A DNA stretch of 64,000 nucleotides, taken from a virus. Positions within the stretch are counted from its first letter, which is position 1, and each line of letters starts with the position of its first letter. The stretch spans positions 22,209 to 86,208 of IMG/VR virus record IMGVR_UViG_3300034175_000060, one strand, 5' to 3'. This document shows positions 9,043-17,784 of this stretch, piece after piece. Under the pieces are notes generated by a model that saw only the letters and a program-made list of their open reading frames with translations, made no database searches and was not told where the DNA came from. The position numbers and the translations under genes are program-made.

Positions 9043-9462
9043 TTAGATTTGAGTCAGAACGTCGATACCGGAATTGGTAGTCAGAGCAGCCATGGCGGTG
9101 TTACGGACAGCACCAGCGGTAACGCTTGCACCGAACGTCAGAGCTTGGTCAGCGACGCCGCATGGGCCGCGATATACAACCAGAAACTTCGTGTCCGTGG
9201 TGGCAGGAACAACAGTCGAAACAGGGCGACCAAAAGCGTCACCAACGACTACGACTGAAGGGTTTTGTGAACCATCTGTAGCAGAGGTTTCCGTCAGTTT
9301 ATACTTACCAGTGGCAGTTACCAGACCCAGAACTGAGCCGATTGGCAGAGTAGCAGCCGGACCATTCAAGGTAATAACTTTTTTGCAGTAGCCCCACTCT
9401 GGTTCGTGTTCCCGTTTGATAAGAGCAGAGTAGTGCATAGTTTCAGTAGCAATAATTGCCAT
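9043..9462 (-). CDS. Head decoration protein (gpD-like)
   Basis: LPIGSVLGLVTATGKY...ATDGSQ motif; immediately upstream of the capsid gene. Confidence 0.85.
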   Translation of the reverse strand: MAIIATETMHYSALIKREHEPEWGYCKKVITLNGPAATLPIGSVLGLVTATGKYKLTETSATDGSQNPSVVVVGDAFGRPVSTVVPATTDTKFLVVYRGPCGVADQALTFGASVTAGAVRNTAMAALTTNSGIDVLTQI

Positions 9463-9480
9463 AATATTTCCTTTGTGTTT

Positions 9481-10161
9481 TTAAATTGGCGAAATGCCGG
9501 ATTGAATCGACTTATCCCCAGAAGCATCTGGTGTAAGCTTACCGCTGAAAATAAGCCATTCTGTATCCTCGTTTGGATTCCAGCCTGCCTTAATCTTTTT
9601 GAACATGGTAGATAGCTGATCTTTAGTTACACCGAGAGCAGTAGCTGCCTTGCTATAACCGTGAGTGGGGTTCTCAACAAAATACTTGTAAACTTCGTCT
9701 GCCATCTTCCAAACACTCTTGTTGGAGAACTGGCACAACCACGCAACTTTTTTAGAATTAGTCTTCGCAGAGTTATCTAAAGCCGCTTGATTAGGTTTTC
9801 GACCTTGGGCTTTAGCGATAAAACTTAATTTTTGACGAGTGTCTTCTGATAACTTTGAACCTAATCTATTACAATTACCGCCAGCATCACAGTTATAGCC
9901 TATCCGAGGTGTTGGACGTAGTTTGTTTTCTAACTCGTAACAATATTTAACATCTGCAAGAATAACTTCTTCAATAATTAACAGTTCACCGTATTTTCTA
10001 ATAGCATTGTGTATTGGTAATTTACTACCTCCTCGTGCTTTAGATTGGTGTTCTTTAAATCGGTGAACAGCGCCTTTTGCTGCTACACCAATATATCCTT
10101 GTGAGAACATATCAGTGTGCTCCGGGAGGTGTATCCAGTAGACACAACTCTTACTTAGCAT
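9481..10161 (-). CDS. GIY-YIG homing endonuclease with NUMOD3-like motif
   Basis: CVYWI...GYIG...RFKEH...NAIRKYG...GYNCDAGG...LSEDTRQKLS. The ATG overlaps the end of the scaffold gene. Confidence 0.8.
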   Translation of the reverse strand: MLSKSCVYWIHLPEHTDMFSQGYIGVAAKGAVHRFKEHQSKARGGSKLPIHNAIRKYGELLIIEEVILADVKYCYELENKLRPTPRIGYNCDAGGNCNRLGSKLSEDTRQKLSFIAKAQGRKPNQAALDNSAKTNSKKVAWLCQFSNKSVWKMADEVYKYFVENPTHGYSKAATALGVTKDQLSTMFKKIKAGWNPNEDTEWLIFSGKLTPDASGDKSIQSGISPI

Positions 10162-10690
10162 CTGCACTCTTGTATTGAGCAGCAAATTTTGCTGCGAGGC
10201 GGGTTGCAGTATCGGCTTCGTCTACAGGTGTTTCCACCGTCGCAGCTACGCCTTTTTCTTGGAACATTTCTGATTTACTTTCAGCTTCACGGTTGACAGC
10301 AAATGCACTCAACACAGTATTGAAAGTGGTGTCATCGGCACCTTCCAGCGATGCCAGAACAGGAGCAGCGCCAATAGTACCCAGCACAGCTTCCAGTTTT
10401 TCTTTACGAGCAGCAATCACAACAGCTTTAGCTTGTGCAGCGAATTCAGCTTGAGCCGTTTCCGATGCAGCCAGTGCGGCGGACATTTTCTCAACTTGTG
10501 CAGCCATAGCTACAAAAGCGTCTTCTTTGGTTGCCAGAGCGGCTGTAGCCTGTTCGAGACTAGCAGTAAGCTCTGCAATAGTTGCGGCAGTTGCTAGTGC
10601 AGTCGCCTCAGTGGTTTCAGTCATTTCGACTTCCTCTTGAATAGCAGCTTGCACTGCTGGTTTAAAATACTTCTGAAGATGTTTAAGCAT
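10151..10690 (-). CDS. Capsid scaffolding protein
   Basis: Ala/Glu-rich coiled coil between the protease and decoration genes. An alternative start at 10624 has its own GAGGA SD. Confidence 0.75.
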   Translation of the reverse strand: MLKHLQKYFKPAVQAAIQEEVEMTETTEATALATAATIAELTASLEQATAALATKEDAFVAMAAQVEKMSAALAASETAQAEFAAQAKAVVIAARKEKLEAVLGTIGAAPVLASLEGADDTTFNTVLSAFAVNREAESKSEMFQEKGVAATVETPVDEADTATRLAAKFAAQYKSADAK

Positions 10691-11528
10691 TCTTCTGTCC
10701 TTTTTGTTGTGCCAGATAAGCAGCAAATTGTTTATGATCCATTACACCATTAGCCAGCCCAACTTCTACAGCTTTCGTGGCACTAAACATCTTCGCATCC
10801 ATTGCTAAAATAGTCTCTTTAGGGATGCCTGTGAATTTAGTTACATGCTCTGCAAATTGATCGCCGAGGTTGGTGACTTCTTCTTGCAGAGTTTTAAGGA
10901 AGTTTTCAGAGAAACTTCCGTCTGGATTGAAAGCAGTTTTGCCGGGTGTGCTGCTGATATAGATTGGCTTGATACCTGCATCTGCCAGAGCTTTACTTTG
11001 ATCTACGACACAACAGACACAACCTACAGAACCCGTTGTAGCGGATGGGTGGATGTAAACTTCATCAGCAATAACACTCAGCGCCAGAGCAGCGCTTGCG
11101 GCCATCTCATCTATATAGCTAATCAGTTTTACGTTGTTGTCATCTGCTATATCGCGCAGTTCTTGGCAAGTAGTGAAGCAATGAGCGGCAGCGCCGCCCG
11201 GTGAGCTAAACGTCATGAGGATAGTGTCTACGCCCTCATCAATAAGCTCTTGTGCTTGCTCTAGGATACCTGTGTAGGAAGTTCCTGACGGACCGCACAA
11301 ACCCTCAACAGGTTTGTATGAGATTGCACCATCAATACAGATTTCACCAATACCACCAACTTGTTCTAGCTTCTTCTTTGTGTCTGCTGATTTGGTATCA
11401 GGGACAAAAGAAAAGCTTGCAGAGTTCCGTTCTTTCAGGTATTCTACGATTGGCTTAAGTGCAGTAGCTGTGATAAGCTGAGGGGAGTTGTATATCGAAT
11501 CAAGGAGACGATGGAGTTTGTGTGACAA
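10683..11528 (-). CDS. Prohead protease, S49 (ClpP/SppA-like)
   Basis: SSPGG, MAASAA, GSVG and AVEVGLANGV motifs. TTG start after AAGGAG. Confidence 0.9.
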   Translation of the reverse strand: MSHKLHRLLDSIYNSPQLITATALKPIVEYLKERNSASFSFVPDTKSADTKKKLEQVGGIGEICIDGAISYKPVEGLCGPSGTSYTGILEQAQELIDEGVDTILMTFSSPGGAAAHCFTTCQELRDIADDNNVKLISYIDEMAASAALALSVIADEVYIHPSATTGSVGCVCCVVDQSKALADAGIKPIYISSTPGKTAFNPDGSFSENFLKTLQEEVTNLGDQFAEHVTKFTGIPKETILAMDAKMFSATKAVEVGLANGVMDHKQFAAYLAQQKGQKNA

Positions 11529-11538
11529 TTGTATCTCC

Positions 11539-13038
11539 TTACTTATTGTTTACGTTTGCGGCAGAAGCATCACCTTTGCCCATAGGGCTTTTAGATGTTC
11601 CTTCCCCTGCTGTTTGCATACCTTCACCAGCGTTAGACTCAACACCTGCCATTGCGGTAGAAAGTTCTTCTTTATCCACAGGCTTGTCATCTGGAAGTTC
11701 AGCAACACCGAATGCGCGGCGAATACGGTTCATTACAGGTCGGTCCATCTCAATACCTCCGACACTGAAGATTTGTTGCACAGCTTTTGCGAATTCTGAC
11801 AAATTAATGTCTTCGATATCCTCATAGACAAACTTAGCCATGTTTTCTTGTGACCAACCATTTGCGCTGTAAATAGACGACATCAAGTCTTCGTTAAGAA
11901 CTGTTGCAATTTCACGCAAGCGGTAATCAATAGCCAGTGTGAGGATAGAAGTTTTACTTTCAGCTAAACTGAAACTACCTCCGCCATCGGCACCCATCTT
12001 AAGAACGTCTACACTCAGCGCTGAAAGAACATCCGATTGCAAACGTTTGATGATGTTCTCTACGTCATACTTAGCACTACCTTTAGCTTCCATCAAGTCA
12101 TACGTAAACAAAGGATTTTTACCTTCGTCGTACATTCCGGGAACTAGTAGACCGCGCTGAGTACCAGCATTGTAGTTATCAATAATTTGTTGGAAAGCAG
12201 CTACCGTAGCTTTGTCAGCATCACTGCCAGCAGGATCAAGGTACTTTGGAGGTATGGTAATCTTCAAGATTCCTTGGACATCTTTAGAGATACCAATCAG
12301 TTCACTTTCTTGAAGAAGACTTAATGTCTTGACAGCCAAGTAAATTGACTTGTATAATGAGTTACCTTGGGGATTACCTTTATTGCCAGATGCTGTGAAC
12401 AAGAGGAACTTCTCACGGTCAATTGGCACTAGTCCAGTTTTTTCATCCTTACGGCTTGCGTAACGATAACTGTTTTCGACGTTTGAAATGTTTTGTTGTA
12501 CACCCAACAGATTTGATCCAGAATCATCAAATATCCATTTTTCAATAGTATCTTGATTCCGTGGAGCTAACTTCTTAATACCGACAAGGCCATCATTGTA
12601 CTTGGAGCCATTGCGGAATAACCTTCGACGCAACACCTTCTCATGAATACCAAAACCGTACTCAAGGTACGGGACAACTTCTTCAATAAAACCCTTCCAA
12701 CTACCTTCCATGTCGTCTGTCATAGTACTAACAAGACGTGCACGTTCTTTCTCAATGTCACTAGCATCTTTAGGGGGTTCAACCCGCCAATTAACACGAG
12801 AAATCATCATGCGGTAAACATTCATAGCCCCACCAACTGTAGGGTTATTTCTTACTTCGTTTACTGTGCGGATAAAAGCGGGGTATTGAAAAGCTGCGTT
12901 AGCTTCTGCATAGATTTGCCCGTTACGAGACTTAAGGCCGACAAAGCCTTGTTCCGTAAGAGAAATTCGTGGTATAGTAATGTCTTTGTCGGGGGAAGCT
13001 GCGGAATTTTCGCCAGATGGCGTATTTGTATCAGCCAT
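11539..13038 (-). CDS. Portal protein
   Basis: 499 aa; YGFGIHEKV, KLAPRNQ, NPQGNSL, GSFSLAESK; follows terminase. Confidence 0.9.
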   Translation of the reverse strand: MADTNTPSGENSAASPDKDITIPRISLTEQGFVGLKSRNGQIYAEANAAFQYPAFIRTVNEVRNNPTVGGAMNVYRMMISRVNWRVEPPKDASDIEKERARLVSTMTDDMEGSWKGFIEEVVPYLEYGFGIHEKVLRRRLFRNGSKYNDGLVGIKKLAPRNQDTIEKWIFDDSGSNLLGVQQNISNVENSYRYASRKDEKTGLVPIDREKFLLFTASGNKGNPQGNSLYKSIYLAVKTLSLLQESELIGISKDVQGILKITIPPKYLDPAGSDADKATVAAFQQIIDNYNAGTQRGLLVPGMYDEGKNPLFTYDLMEAKGSAKYDVENIIKRLQSDVLSALSVDVLKMGADGGGSFSLAESKTSILTLAIDYRLREIATVLNEDLMSSIYSANGWSQENMAKFVYEDIEDINLSEFAKAVQQIFSVGGIEMDRPVMNRIRRAFGVAELPDDKPVDKEELSTAMAGVESNAGEGMQTAGEGTSKSPMGKGDASAANVNNK

Positions 13039-13068
13039 AGTGGGCGCTCTCCTTCGTATTTAGAGGTT

Positions 13069-13096
13069 ATTATACACCAGATTTGTCTCTTGTCAA
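13069..13096 (-). promoter_or_regulatory. sigma70-type promoter of the shared late class, upstream of portal
   Basis: TTGACA-AGAGACAAATCTGGTG(16)-TATAAT. Confidence 0.8.
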
Positions 13097-13140
13097 TAGG
13101 TAATATGTATAAAGACCGTTGTAAGTGTATAATAACGTTA

Positions 13141-14661
13141 TTAGATTGTCGGGACTGGCGACTTCATAACCAGACTTGGAATGCTAAATGTTGGGATAGT
13201 GACAGAGCGACAGAGATGATTAAACGCATCTGAGCAACTATCGACCATGTCATCTTTTTGATTTTTCTGTATTTTCATATCAGAAGTGAAATTCTCAAGT
13301 TCTCGGAAGAAGTCGTCATTCCAATCACCCCTAACCACTTTAACCGCACCAGCTTCCGCCATCGAACAAAAAGGCAAGAATCGAGTTAGTTTAGCTTTTC
13401 CTGCCGTTGTGGGGGCAGTTTTAACAGGCACGCCATTTTCAGCAAGAGTGGTTTTAAAGAAATAAACTGCCGTCTTCCCACTGGCAGCAGGATCAAGAGG
13501 AATGACAACTTGACAACTTTCTACGTCATCTTCATGCGCAGTTTTTGCTACAAGCTTCAAAACTTGGTCAGTTGTTACTTGTGCACGAATAACATCTTCT
13601 ATGTAGTATGTACCAAATTTATCTCTACTAACCTTTACACCAGCGGTATGATCCGGGTTATTCGTCTTAGTTTTAGTTTCTGACGCAAAGTCCCAAGCAC
13701 GCACTCTGCCAGTTACTTGTGCAGGAGGTATATCTACAATCTCAACCCACTCTCGATTAAAATACATACTTCCGGCTTCTTTAGCTGTCCACGATCCGTG
13801 TAGGTATTTTAATTGGTTTACGTAGGGTTGCGAAAGGAGACTAGGCAGGTAACTAGTATTCTTAGGTGGTAAGAGGTAAGGATTGTCGAACACATTCGTA
13901 GGAACGAAACGGAAGCTTTTAGGCATACACAGTCGTGTACGTTCTTCCCGACTGAAAGCATTCATTTGATCTTCAGTCATACCATGCGCGTAGATAAGAC
14001 CCTTTTCTCTGCCATATTTCTCGTAACATTCTTCAGGAGTGTCTGCCCACTGAGCTTTATTATCTTCTACCACAAACCAACGGATTTTATTTTCTGTGCC
14101 CTCCATAGGCACACCTGTATCTGGATCGAGAGAATAATCCACCCAAGATTTCAGAAAACTGTTAATATCTGGATTGCAAGTAAGGATCAGTTGAGGGTGA
14201 ATCTTTGATCCTACTGTACGCAGGCGAGACTGCAAGAACAACACTTGCTTTTCTGTCCATTTATCAGCAGCTTCATCCACACAAATTCGAGTTAGCTGAC
14301 TTCCCTGCCAAGAACCTAAGTCGTCGTCGCACGATATAGCGGAGAAAGAGATAGTAGCTCCGCTGGGGAATTCCCACATCTGTGCTTGCGTTTTATAGGG
14401 GATTTTGGTAAAATCTGAGTACACTTGTTTGGACTCGTCTATTAGCCCGCCAGGTCTCTTGAGTTCTGGGGCGTACCGACGTAAGATAGCACAACGAAAA
14501 TTAGGGTCTCTAATTCCGTCTAAGTTTTTCGTCAACGAAATTCTAGATTTGCCGCCACCCGCCCCTCCACCCATTAATATCACATCAGTAGTATTGTCTT
14601 GTAATATAATCTGTTGCTTTACACTGCACGGCCCATAAGAGCGTTTAGCCTGCTTAGCCAT
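13141..14661 (-). CDS. terL: Terminase large subunit
   Basis: Walker A GGGAGGGKS, Walker B ICVDEA, LTCNP, nuclease motifs RAWDFA...DHTAG...DDMVD. Confidence 0.95.
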   Translation of the reverse strand: MAKQAKRSYGPCSVKQQIILQDNTTDVILMGGGAGGGKSRISLTKNLDGIRDPNFRCAILRRYAPELKRPGGLIDESKQVYSDFTKIPYKTQAQMWEFPSGATISFSAISCDDDLGSWQGSQLTRICVDEAADKWTEKQVLFLQSRLRTVGSKIHPQLILTCNPDINSFLKSWVDYSLDPDTGVPMEGTENKIRWFVVEDNKAQWADTPEECYEKYGREKGLIYAHGMTEDQMNAFSREERTRLCMPKSFRFVPTNVFDNPYLLPPKNTSYLPSLLSQPYVNQLKYLHGSWTAKEAGSMYFNREWVEIVDIPPAQVTGRVRAWDFASETKTKTNNPDHTAGVKVSRDKFGTYYIEDVIRAQVTTDQVLKLVAKTAHEDDVESCQVVIPLDPAASGKTAVYFFKTTLAENGVPVKTAPTTAGKAKLTRFLPFCSMAEAGAVKVVRGDWNDDFFRELENFTSDMKIQKNQKDDMVDSCSDAFNHLCRSVTIPTFSIPSLVMKSPVPTI

Positions 14662-14677
14662 TATGATCCTTTATCTG

Positions 14678-14717
14678 AAACAACAAAAACAGGCTTGCCA
14701 TTTCTAGCAAAGCCTGT
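14678..14717 (-). terminator. Terminator between the tRNA cluster and terL
   Basis: ACAGGCTTTGC...GCAAGCCTGT followed by TTTTGTTGTTT. Confidence 0.65.
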
Positions 14718-14729
14718 CCATAAATATTC

Positions 14730-14815
14730 TGGCGGAGGAAGTAGGTTCCGCCCCCAAGCCTGTTCCCAAGCTACTAGTTTTCAAGGCTAGTTCTGCACCT
14801 CGGCAGTCATCCTCC
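14730..14815 (-). tRNA. tRNA-Ser(UGA), atypical
   Basis: GGAGGA/TCCTCC acceptor, G73-CCA, anticodon loop CTTGAAA, long variable arm AGCTTG-GGAA-CAGGCT. The T-loop GGCGGAA is non-canonical. Confidence 0.7.
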
Positions 14816-14973
14816 AGATTTGTAGCTGCCACGCGACCTATGCAGACATACAATGATGAACCTTACTGTCCACCCTCACCACTACTTGCAAATCCTTGGC
14901 GTATCTTATTGACCAAGAGAACCTGTTTCCAAGTTTCTATGCAGAACAATAAGGGCTGTAACTCGCAAATTCT

Positions 14974-15120
14974 TTACGCCACCTTCAACTCCAAAGGTGT
15001 ACTATTAATCTTCTGAATCAACTCATCAACTTTAGAAGCTGCTACAGCTAGCTCCTCTACCAGAGCCTTATACTCTGCAACATTACTCGTCACAGTGATT
15101 TTAATATTTTCTGCGTTCAT
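14974..15120 (-). CDS. Small hypothetical protein (48 aa) inside the tRNA cluster
   Basis: AGGAG SD; MNAENIKITVTSNVAEYKALVEEL... Confidence 0.6.
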   Translation of the reverse strand: MNAENIKITVTSNVAEYKALVEELAVAASKVDELIQKINSTPLELKVA

Positions 15121-15232
15121 ATTTTCTCCTTGTTTGTATTACATGAAAACGTTAATAAACTGAACAACTTGCACAGAAACGTGTAAAATTGTTTCAAAAC
15201 GTTAAAAATACTATTTGCTTCGTACAAAATAC

Positions 15233-15295
15233 TTCCAGCTTCGCTCAACTCAGATACCCGGAGAGGAGGATTCACACTAAGGAGCGAAGCTGGAA
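15233..15295. repeat. Perfect 14-bp inverted repeat with a 35-nt loop (possible small RNA)
   Basis: TTCCAGCTTCGCTC (15233-46) / GAGCGAAGCTGGAA (15282-95). Confidence 0.85.
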
Positions 15296-15306
15296 AGATT
15301 CTGATA

Positions 15307-15375
15307 AGCCTCCGTGGGAAATCGAATCCCAAGAACTTCCTTGGAAGGGAAGACCCACACCTTGTGGACGGAGGC
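15307..15375 (-). tRNA. tRNA-Gly(UCC), short D-arm, no encoded CCA
   Basis: GCCTCCG/CGGAGGC acceptor, U73, CTTCC-CTTCCAA-GGAAG anticodon arm, TGGGA-TTCGATT-TCCCA T-arm; 69 nt. Confidence 0.7.
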
Positions 15376-15482
15376 ACTGATAAATAGTGCCGGTTACGAA
15401 TGTCGCTCTTTTATAAGGAGCTTTCCGGCTGAAGTCCTGTACACTCTGAGGAGTCTCGTCGGTTTGAACACTTCACGAATTC

Positions 15483-15557
15483 TGGAGCCGACTGAGAATT
15501 ACGATATCTCGGCCTAATCATTACAGGTGATTCGCTCTGCCTCTGAGCTAAGTCGGC
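15483..15557 (-). tRNA. tRNA-Thr(UGU), atypical (C33, T-loop ATCGTAA)
   Basis: GCCGACT/AGTCGGC-TCCA acceptor, GCTC/GAGC D-stem, AATCA-CCTGTAA-TGATT anticodon arm. Confidence 0.85.
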
Positions 15558-15659
15558 GGTGTTATTCTCGCTTTGCAGAATCCCTGCACCATAATTTCTC
15601 TATCCAAGCTCGATAGATGGCGGGCCACTGAAGGTAGCGCCTTCATGTCTAATACAACC

Positions 15660-15687
15660 ATTATACTCTAATTCTCAGAATTGTCAA
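15660..15687 (-). promoter_or_regulatory. Promoter of the tRNA cluster
   Basis: TTGACA-16-TATAAT. Confidence 0.8.
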
Positions 15688-15992
15688 CTGATTTTTTGCA
15701 AATTCTCAAAATCAACCTCTGGAGTATCATCCTCTTCTTCCCGCTGAACACCATTACCAGTTTTGTGCTGAACGATCATCAATTGCAATTCCCTCTTCTC
15801 AGCCTTGTCCTGCATGTCATCTCGGATATTCAAGATAGCTTTACAAGCATCCAATTTGATCTTCTCGTCCAAACTCTTAGCCAAAGTGACCAATCCTGCC
15901 ACAGCATCTGGTGCAGCTTTGTCCAAATCCCTGATAATCTTCTCTAGTGCACTAGGCGTTCGACGCCTCTTCACAATCTTCTGTTCTGTCAT
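15684..15992 (-). CDS. Putative terminase small subunit
   Basis: 102 aa helical protein (APDAVAGLVTLAKSLDEKIKLDACKAIL), first gene after a late-class promoter and upstream of terL. Confidence 0.55.
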   Translation of the reverse strand: MTEQKIVKRRRTPSALEKIIRDLDKAAPDAVAGLVTLAKSLDEKIKLDACKAILNIRDDMQDKAEKRELQLMIVQHKTGNGVQREEEDDTPEVDFENLQKIS

Positions 15993-16013
15993 GCTTTCCT
16001 CCTAATTACAAGA

Positions 16014-16041
16014 ATTATACACCAGATTTGCCCCTTGTCAA
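16014..16041 (-). promoter_or_regulatory. sigma70-type promoter of the shared late class
   Basis: TTGACA-AGGGGCAAATCTGGTG(16)-TATAAT. Confidence 0.8.
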
Positions 16042-16330
16042 TACCCTGAGAATGTCTTGCAAATAACACAACATATAAAGTTGTCATTCTGACTGCTTGA
16101 CTGCCAGCAAATATAGTGTAGAATAAATTCCATCGCAGCAAAAATAATTCTTGACAGCACTCAAAATTAAGAATATTCTGAGAACACTTACAACCCAAGG
16201 AGAACCCTATGTTACTGAAATTGAAGTATTCCCTCATACTTACATACGCTGCTTTCCGGCGCAAATCTGTGGTAGACTTATTCGGAGGTACATATGTTGT
16301 CTCAGGAAATTACGTTCGGAGGATTCGCTA

Positions 16331-16492
16331 ATGCTTGTATATTACAAGTCGGACAAGGATAAGCTTTGCGTGACGAAGGTTAGCACAGATAGCCATGAAG
16401 AGGCTTTGGACGAGATGAACCAATGGCTACACATTAATATGGTGTCTTACAAGAAGCCTGTACTTGCCCTGATTCAAGGTGGCAAGCAATGA
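16331..16492 (+). CDS. Hypothetical protein
   Basis: GGAGGA SD; MLVYYKSDKDK...KPVLALIQGGKQ. Confidence 0.6.
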   Translation: MLVYYKSDKDKLCVTKVSTDSHEEALDEMNQWLHINMVSYKKPVLALIQGGKQ

Positions 16493-16601
16493 CAATTATT
16501 GAAGAATTTGTACAAGAGTATGAAGCCAAAGAAGATGCTGAAGATATGCACCACAGTGTCTACTTTATCCCAGAATACTATCAACCTGAAGGAGAATAAT
16601 C

Positions 16602-16868
16602 ATGCAATACAAAACTATTGTTAGTCCAAGCATCCCTGTAGCTATGCTAGAATTCCAAGATGCTCTGCTCGCAGGATGGCGCATTGATGTAGACAATCTG
16701 CCTGTCAGTCACATTATGTACTATGAAATTCAACTTGTCCGAGAAGATGGGGAAGATGTGAAAGAAGTGTTCAACACCGTGCACAATCCAGAGGATACTA
16801 TTACACCTCCTGAGATTACTTCCGCACGTAAAGCTGGTCGTCCTCCGCAGAATAAAGGTGATAAATAA
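16602..16868 (+). CDS. Hypothetical protein
   Basis: AAGGAG SD; 88 aa with a C-terminal RKAGRPP AT-hook-like motif. Confidence 0.65.
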   Translation: MQYKTIVSPSIPVAMLEFQDALLAGWRIDVDNLPVSHIMYYEIQLVREDGEDVKEVFNTVHNPEDTITPPEITSARKAGRPPQNKGDK

Positions 16869-17007
16869 TGACCGTTATGGAATGGACAGTTGAACAGATT
16901 TTGCAGGATTCCGAGTGTTGTGGTAATCCTTTGCGTTGTCATAGTGAAGCTTTGAGTGAGAGGAATGTGTTTCGTAGTTGTGTTGGTGTTGTAGAGGAAG
17001 AAGTTCT

Positions 17008-17784
17008 TTGAAAAATAAGTCTAAAGGAAATAACGTGAGCCGTAATGCTAATCGTTTTGCAAAGAAACAGGTGACTGGGTCTGATGAGGATCGAGTTGTA
17101 AAAGCGAAGTTCCTTGCAGTGTCACGAGAAGAAGTAAAGTTGAAGGCAATTACGCCCCTCAACGAACGACAAGAAGAATATTTTGAAGCTTTGCGTACTA
17201 AGGATTTGGTTGTAGCCAGCGGCATGGCCGGAACCTCAAAAACCTTTGTAGCATGTTGCTTTGCCGCTGATGCCTACCGTGCAGGAGATATCAATAAGAT
17301 TGTTCTGGCTCGTCCCGCTGAGAGTTCTTCCAAATCTCTGGGTTTCGCTAAGGGCGACCAGACAATGAAGATGATGCAATGGGTTATGCCTATGATTTCT
17401 GTGCTGTACACGCGCATGGGCAAGGCTGTAGTTGATCTTGCAATCCTTGAAGGTAATATCATTTTGCAACCTTTGGAGTCTATCAAGGGTATGAGCTTTG
17501 GTAAATACACTTGGGTTATTGCTGACGAAGTGGAGGATTGCACAATTGAAGAAATCAAATCTATTGTTACTCGCAGTGGTGGATGCCGGATGACATTATG
17601 CGGTGACGTCTCCCAAAGCTGCCTGAAAGAGACAAGCGGGTTATTGGCCTTGATGAAGATTATTGAAGGTTCTCCTCGGTTGCAAGAAAGTGCAGCTTTA
17701 ATTGACTTTGACTCGTATGACCACATTGTACGTAGTAAGTTGTGCAAAGACTTCATTATTGCCTATGACAAAGCGGGATATTGA
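17008..17784 (+). CDS. phoH: PhoH-like ATPase
   Basis: PLNERQ..Y, GMAGTSKT, KIVLARP, LCGDVSQ, IVRSKL. Probable TTG start after AGAGGA. Confidence 0.9.
   Translation: MKNKSKGNNVSRNANRFAKKQVTGSDEDRVVKAKFLAVSREEVKLKAITPLNERQEEYFEALRTKDLVVASGMAGTSKTFVACCFAADAYRAGDINKIVLARPAESSSKSLGFAKGDQTMKMMQWVMPMISVLYTRMGKAVVDLAILEGNIILQPLESIKGMSFGKYTWVIADEVEDCTIEEIKSIVTRSGGCRMTLCGDVSQSCLKETSGLLALMKIIEGSPRLQESAALIDFDSYDHIVRSKLCKDFIIAYDKAGY

Noticed and set aside
2717-10161. Group I introns carrying the endonucleases
   Set aside because: Flanking structural genes are complete with their own stops and SDs, and the intergenic gaps are too short for an intron core.
15440-15480. Hammerhead-like CTGAGGA...GAAT (+) or CCGACGA (-)
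   Set aside because: The GAAA core and stems I/III are missing.
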